NCBI GenBank assembly: GCA_048013815.1 | Contig: CM106585.1 | Coordinates: forward strand, 7,874,001-7,938,000 | Length of the DNA stretch: 64,000 nucleotides | From: Setoptus koraiensis | Lineage: Eukaryota > Animalia > Arthropoda | Direction: 5' to 3' | Shown: positions 61,917 through 64,000 of the stretch, piece by piece | How positions within the stretch are numbered: position 1 is the first letter of the stretch | Layout of the letters: each line of letters opens with the position of its first letter | The notes under the pieces: model-generated | Told to the model about the DNA's origin: nothing | What the model saw: only the letters and a program-made list of their open reading frames with translations | Database searches by the model: none | Translations under genes and position numbers: made by a program

Positions 61917-62575
61917 AGTGTGCCTGATATGTTAATATGCTGATGCTAATTTCAATACCAACGCACATATATAGATGCAAACATATAGAGTGAGATGACA
62001 AAGATCAAATATAGACGACAACGTTGTTGTTATGTAACGTTTTTTGCGGCGCAAACAACAACAAACTACAGAATAATTAAGTTGACTAATAAAAATAAAT
62101 TGCACACCAACACTAACTAACTTGATTATTACAAACAACAAATTGTTTTATATTTTTTTATTATCTGAGAAGACATTTCATGCTTGCTAAAACTGTGATG
62201 TAACTGTTAGTTGTTAACTGTTAGCTGTTAACTGTGAGCTGTTAACTGTTAAATGTTGATCGGGCAACATGTTGGAACATACGGCAAGATCTAACTAACG
62301 AGTGTGCTGTGATCTGGACGATATCAGCTTACTTAACACATCTTTTGAGTCTGAAAACTTTTAACTTTAATCAGCATGAGATGATGGGCACACACACACT
62401 CAAGTTTGAATGAATGAAACAGATGAAAACTTCTTTTTGCTAAAACCTCTATCTGGCGTGTGAGCACTGGGTCAGTTTCATCACTGGCTAATTGTGCTGA
62501 CGACTGGCGCTGGCCAATGTAACAGCCAGCAGCATCCCCTAATCCACCTGTCGCTGGCCATTGAGTATTAGTTAA

Positions 62576-62609
<34 letters not shown>

Positions 62610-64000
62610 GGTTAGAGGCGGAGACACGCCGCCAGCAGCAGCAGTCCGATGAGAGTTTGTAAGAGCGTTCCGAGGCGAACATAATCATCGTCTCAAGCGG
62701 CCAATGTTTGTTTTCCCAACAACAGCAACAACCACTCCAGCTACAACAGCGCCAACAGCGCCAACAACGCCAACAACAGCAGCAGCAGCAACACCAACGG
62801 CAACAGCAACAACAACAACCGTGTTTACCTACATTTAGCGCTGGTGGCGAGCATCAGCGCTCAAGTGACTAGCTTGCCAGCCGGCGCGCCAGTTCCACTG
62901 ACGGCAACGGTTGGCCAAGTTCGCCGAGTGACGGCAAACGTTGCGCAACAGCAACAGCAGCAACAACAACAACGGCAACGGCAACAACGACAGCAACAAC
63001 AACAACGCCAACAAGTGGTGATGCGTCCGTTTTTTAGTGTTGCGCCGGCGCCACCTTGCCACCCGCGCTGCACTGGCCAGTGCCAGAGCCAACAAACAAG
63101 CGAGCAGCTGATTAAGATGGTCACTTGTTACCCCTTCTTGTGCTCGCTTGGCGCTCATTGTGTCCATTTGACAGTGTCCATTTGGCGCTGTTTATTCGCT
63201 GGTGTTTGCTGGTGTTTGCCGGCGTTTGCTGGTGTTTATTTGCTGATGTCCATTGGCCAGCGACCGCTGGCGAGCTGTGCGCCGTTGTGTGCCCATCGGT
63301 GCGCCGGCCAGACCGTTATCACTGTCCCTTGGCCCGGGCGGTTGCCGTTATCGTCTGGTATCTGTTATCAGCTGTTATCAGCTGTTATCATCTGTTTGGC
63401 ATCATCAAGTGGCTGGCATGTGTAAGCTGTGATGATGTAACACACAGGTAAGTAAGTAAGTGCTGGCTGGCTCACTGGCGAATGGTGTGTGCTCTTGTTG
63501 CGCAATCTATTTTTGTTTTGCTTCTGCTAGCTCAACTAGTAAACAAAAAGTAATCTCTCTTTTATTCTCTCTTGCGCCCTCCTCTAAACTTGACTCCAAT
63601 ACTCGCCGCTAGCCGTCAGCTGGCCACTGTCGTCCAGTTAGCGCAGGCCACTGTCGTCCAGTTACTGCTGCCGGCCACTGCGACCAGCAGTAACTAGATT
63701 ACATAACTGTACAACTGTGCTGTACAGTTGTACAGTTATGCAACAGTTACATAACTGCTACTAATGTTGCCGTTCATGGAGTCGTGGCGACACTTGCCCT
63801 GGCAGCCAGCGTTTGTTTGTGTGCCGGCTGTTTAATGTTATTGTTTCCTGCTATCACCTCTGCTCTGGTCACTCCATCAGCTCCTGTCAGCTTGCCCGCC
63901 AGCTGATCGTCGAGCTGGCCATTTGTCAGTTGCCGGTTGCAAACGGTTCCATACGGTTCCATACAAATACGGCAACATCCGTGGCCGCATGCCCATCTCA

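Noticed and set aside
62844-63425. 193-aa plus-strand ORF
   Set aside because: Non-ATG start, repeat-derived core and tandem GCTGGTGTTT units; overlapping frames are equally open; no motif.

Overview
Eukaryotic animal DNA, arthropod-like and possibly an acariform mite. That assignment is inference from short GT-AG introns, poly-Q/N/S proteins and a dense CAA/CAG/CA microsatellite background. No prokaryotic features, CRISPR arrays, rRNA or tRNA genes were found. The window has four zones. (1) 1-2.3 kb: a microsatellite-free mosaic of interspersed-repeat-like sequence with inverted copies and a GC-rich hairpin cluster. (2) 2.8-11.6 kb: a minus-strand multi-exon klarsicht-like gene ending in an unusually short, Cys-less KASH tail. 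Its 5'-most recognisable exon has no start codon, and the gene may extend across (3). (3) 12-47 kb: a gene desert or giant intron, bounded by a 449-codon low-complexity exon at 47.6-48.9 kb. (4) 51-62 kb: a compact cluster with an ALDH16-like pseudoenzyme, CHCHD1, truncated CCDC6, a solitary histone H4, AP-2 sigma, a C-terminal-only claspin-like gene and a large Ser-rich, probably secreted, orphan protein. The most unusual signal is three GC-richer, densely base-paired non-coding islands between the housekeeping genes (53.6, 56.3 and 57.4-57.8 kb). I could not match them by eye to any known RNA family, and all three carry an SCTTAAC motif. All homology calls are from recalled motifs, not database searches.
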